Shown here: one piece after another, positions 62,799 to 64,000 of the stretch
Layout: the number at the start of each line of letters is the position of its first letter
Position numbering within the stretch: the first letter of the stretch is position 1
Virus record (IMG/VR): IMGVR_UViG_3300020202_000061
Coordinates: 124,001-188,000 of that record
Direction: 5' to 3' (one strand)
DNA: 64,000 bases
Translations under genes and position numbers: made by a program
The notes under the pieces: model-generated
Databases searched by the model: none
What the model was told of the DNA's origin: nothing
Seen by the model: only the letters and a program-made list of their open reading frames with translations

Positions 62799-63065
62799 AT
62801 GGATCAGGCAACTCGCGACAAACACAACCTGGACCTCATGTTTGAGGCAACCAGAGCGCTGCGTCATGCGATTGCGCCCAACACACCGATCATCAAGATC
62901 GATGAGGCGTGCTTCGTATCGGCTCTTCATATGGCCGTGGTCCAACAGGACGTGGCGACCTTGGAGAAGATCGCCTACGACTGTCGCAAGAACCAGCAGC
63001 GTCTGGACAAGCTTCGGCTGTTGGTGAAGCGAATGGAGATCAACACGCGGGGGTATGCGATATGA
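62799..63065 (+). CDS. Hypothetical protein
   Basis: AGGAG RBS. Confidence 0.55.
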   Translation: MDQATRDKHNLDLMFEATRALRHAIAPNTPIIKIDEACFVSALHMAVVQQDVATLEKIAYDCRKNQQRLDKLRLLVKRMEINTRGYAI

Positions 63066-63313
63066 CCCCGGCCGAAGCCCGTTGGGAGCGCATAGCCAGG
63101 GTGACGTTCTTCGTCCTGGAAAAGACCGGCTCCGTGTTCGGGACGTGGCGCGGTCGGATGTCCGCGAAGGATCAACGCGCCCTGTTCGGCCAGTTCCTCG
63201 GCAAGGGTCTGATCGCGATCAACGGTGAGAAAGAGACAATCAAGCACACCCGTAAGGTCTGTTTCGGCTTGGACTTCGACACCACCCACGACATCGCCTG
63301 GAGGGACCTGTGA
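63062..63313 (+). CDS. Hypothetical protein
   Basis: ATGA coupling. Confidence 0.55.
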   Translation: MTPAEARWERIARVTFFVLEKTGSVFGTWRGRMSAKDQRALFGQFLGKGLIAINGEKETIKHTRKVCFGLDFDTTHDIAWRDL

Positions 63314-63390
63314 CCGCAATGCTTCGCTCGACTCTGGCCGCCGCTATTGGCTGGGCCGACCCCACTCAGCGTCATCTGGTGGAACCGCCG

Positions 63391-64000
63391 ATGAAGGATG
63401 GTGACTGGATGAAGCCGCTAGAGCGGGCCATCTTCATGGTGTTCGCCATGAACAAGACTGGTCCCAACGCAGACCTGCTGCGCCGAGCCGCCACCCAGTA
63501 TCTCCAAGGTGGTCGGATCGAATTCGACGATCCTGATCATCCTTCGGAGCATCTGGCCGAACAACCCTATCTGGAGTGTCTGGACTGGTACCGGAAGGAA
63601 CAGGAGCGCAAACAGCAGGTTCGGAACAAGCACGAACTGAGCCTCCAGCCTCTGGTTCTGACGCCAGAGCAGCAGGCCGAGATCATGAAGCCGGACTACG
63701 ATTTCCCTCGGTTGAAGAAAAACTCCAGCCGAGTCGTGGCCATGCTCTCGCATGTCATTCCGGAGATCGTGCACACCCACAGCAGTTGGGGTGCGATCTG
63801 GTCGAACAGCGCCAACACCAGCCACATCATGAATTCGATGGTTCGCCACGGAATTCTGGTGGTTGTCGAGGCCGTTCCCGACCGAAGCATCATGGCGGCC
63901 AAGGTCCGCAGCGGTCCGCAGTACGAGCGTGCCCTGGCTAAGTTCGGGATCAAGCCGGATTGGCGACCAACCGGAGTCAAAAAGGGTGTGAACTACGACT
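63391..64000 (+). CDS. Hypothetical protein, truncated at window edge
   Basis: Open frame from ATG 63391 to the end of the window. Confidence 0.5.
   Translation, partial: MKDGDWMKPLERAIFMVFAMNKTGPNADLLRRAATQYLQGGRIEFDDPDHPSEHLAEQPYLECLDWYRKEQERKQQVRNKHELSLQPLVLTPEQQAEIMKPDYDFPRLKKNSSRVVAMLSHVIPEIVHTHSSWGAIWSNSANTSHIMNSMVRHGILVVVEAVPDRSIMAAKVRSGPQYERALAKFGIKPDWRPTGVKKGVNYD

Overview
64-kb segment of a large (jumbo-type, T4-like transcription signals) tailed phage that most likely infects an Alphaproteobacterium (permuted two-piece tmRNA with an ANDN...AA tag, Usg-family gene, GTA-type 3TM holin). Contents: virion genes (four giant Gly-rich fibre paralogs at 9.7-24 kb, further structural genes at the left edge, a PAAR spike), a MoxR AAA+/vWA pair, holin and GH108 endolysin, a family of MKLxxL(xE)-initiated multi-domain putative head-packaged effector polyproteins (ART-like, Nudix, J-domain, GNAT, kinase), an Acb1/gp57B-like anti-CBASS nuclease fusion, RNA ligase, DNA ligase, DNA methyltransferase, HNH proteins and many small early ORFs behind repeated sigma70-like promoters. 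The RNA content is unusually rich: tmRNA, a second stand-alone mini tmRNA-tag RNA, a GOLLD-like ~810-nt RNA, two other promoter-driven structured RNAs and eight tRNA/tRNA-like genes. The most striking candidate new system is codon-sensing transcription attenuation of phage tRNA genes: a leader peptide with three consecutive Glu codons plus a mutually exclusive antiterminator/terminator sits in front of four tRNA-Glu genes (54.37-54.92 kb), and a second leader ending in the rare ATA codon plus a terminator sits in front of tRNA-Ile(UAU) (9.27-9.43 kb). All family calls are from motif recognition by eye; no database searches or folding programs were run.
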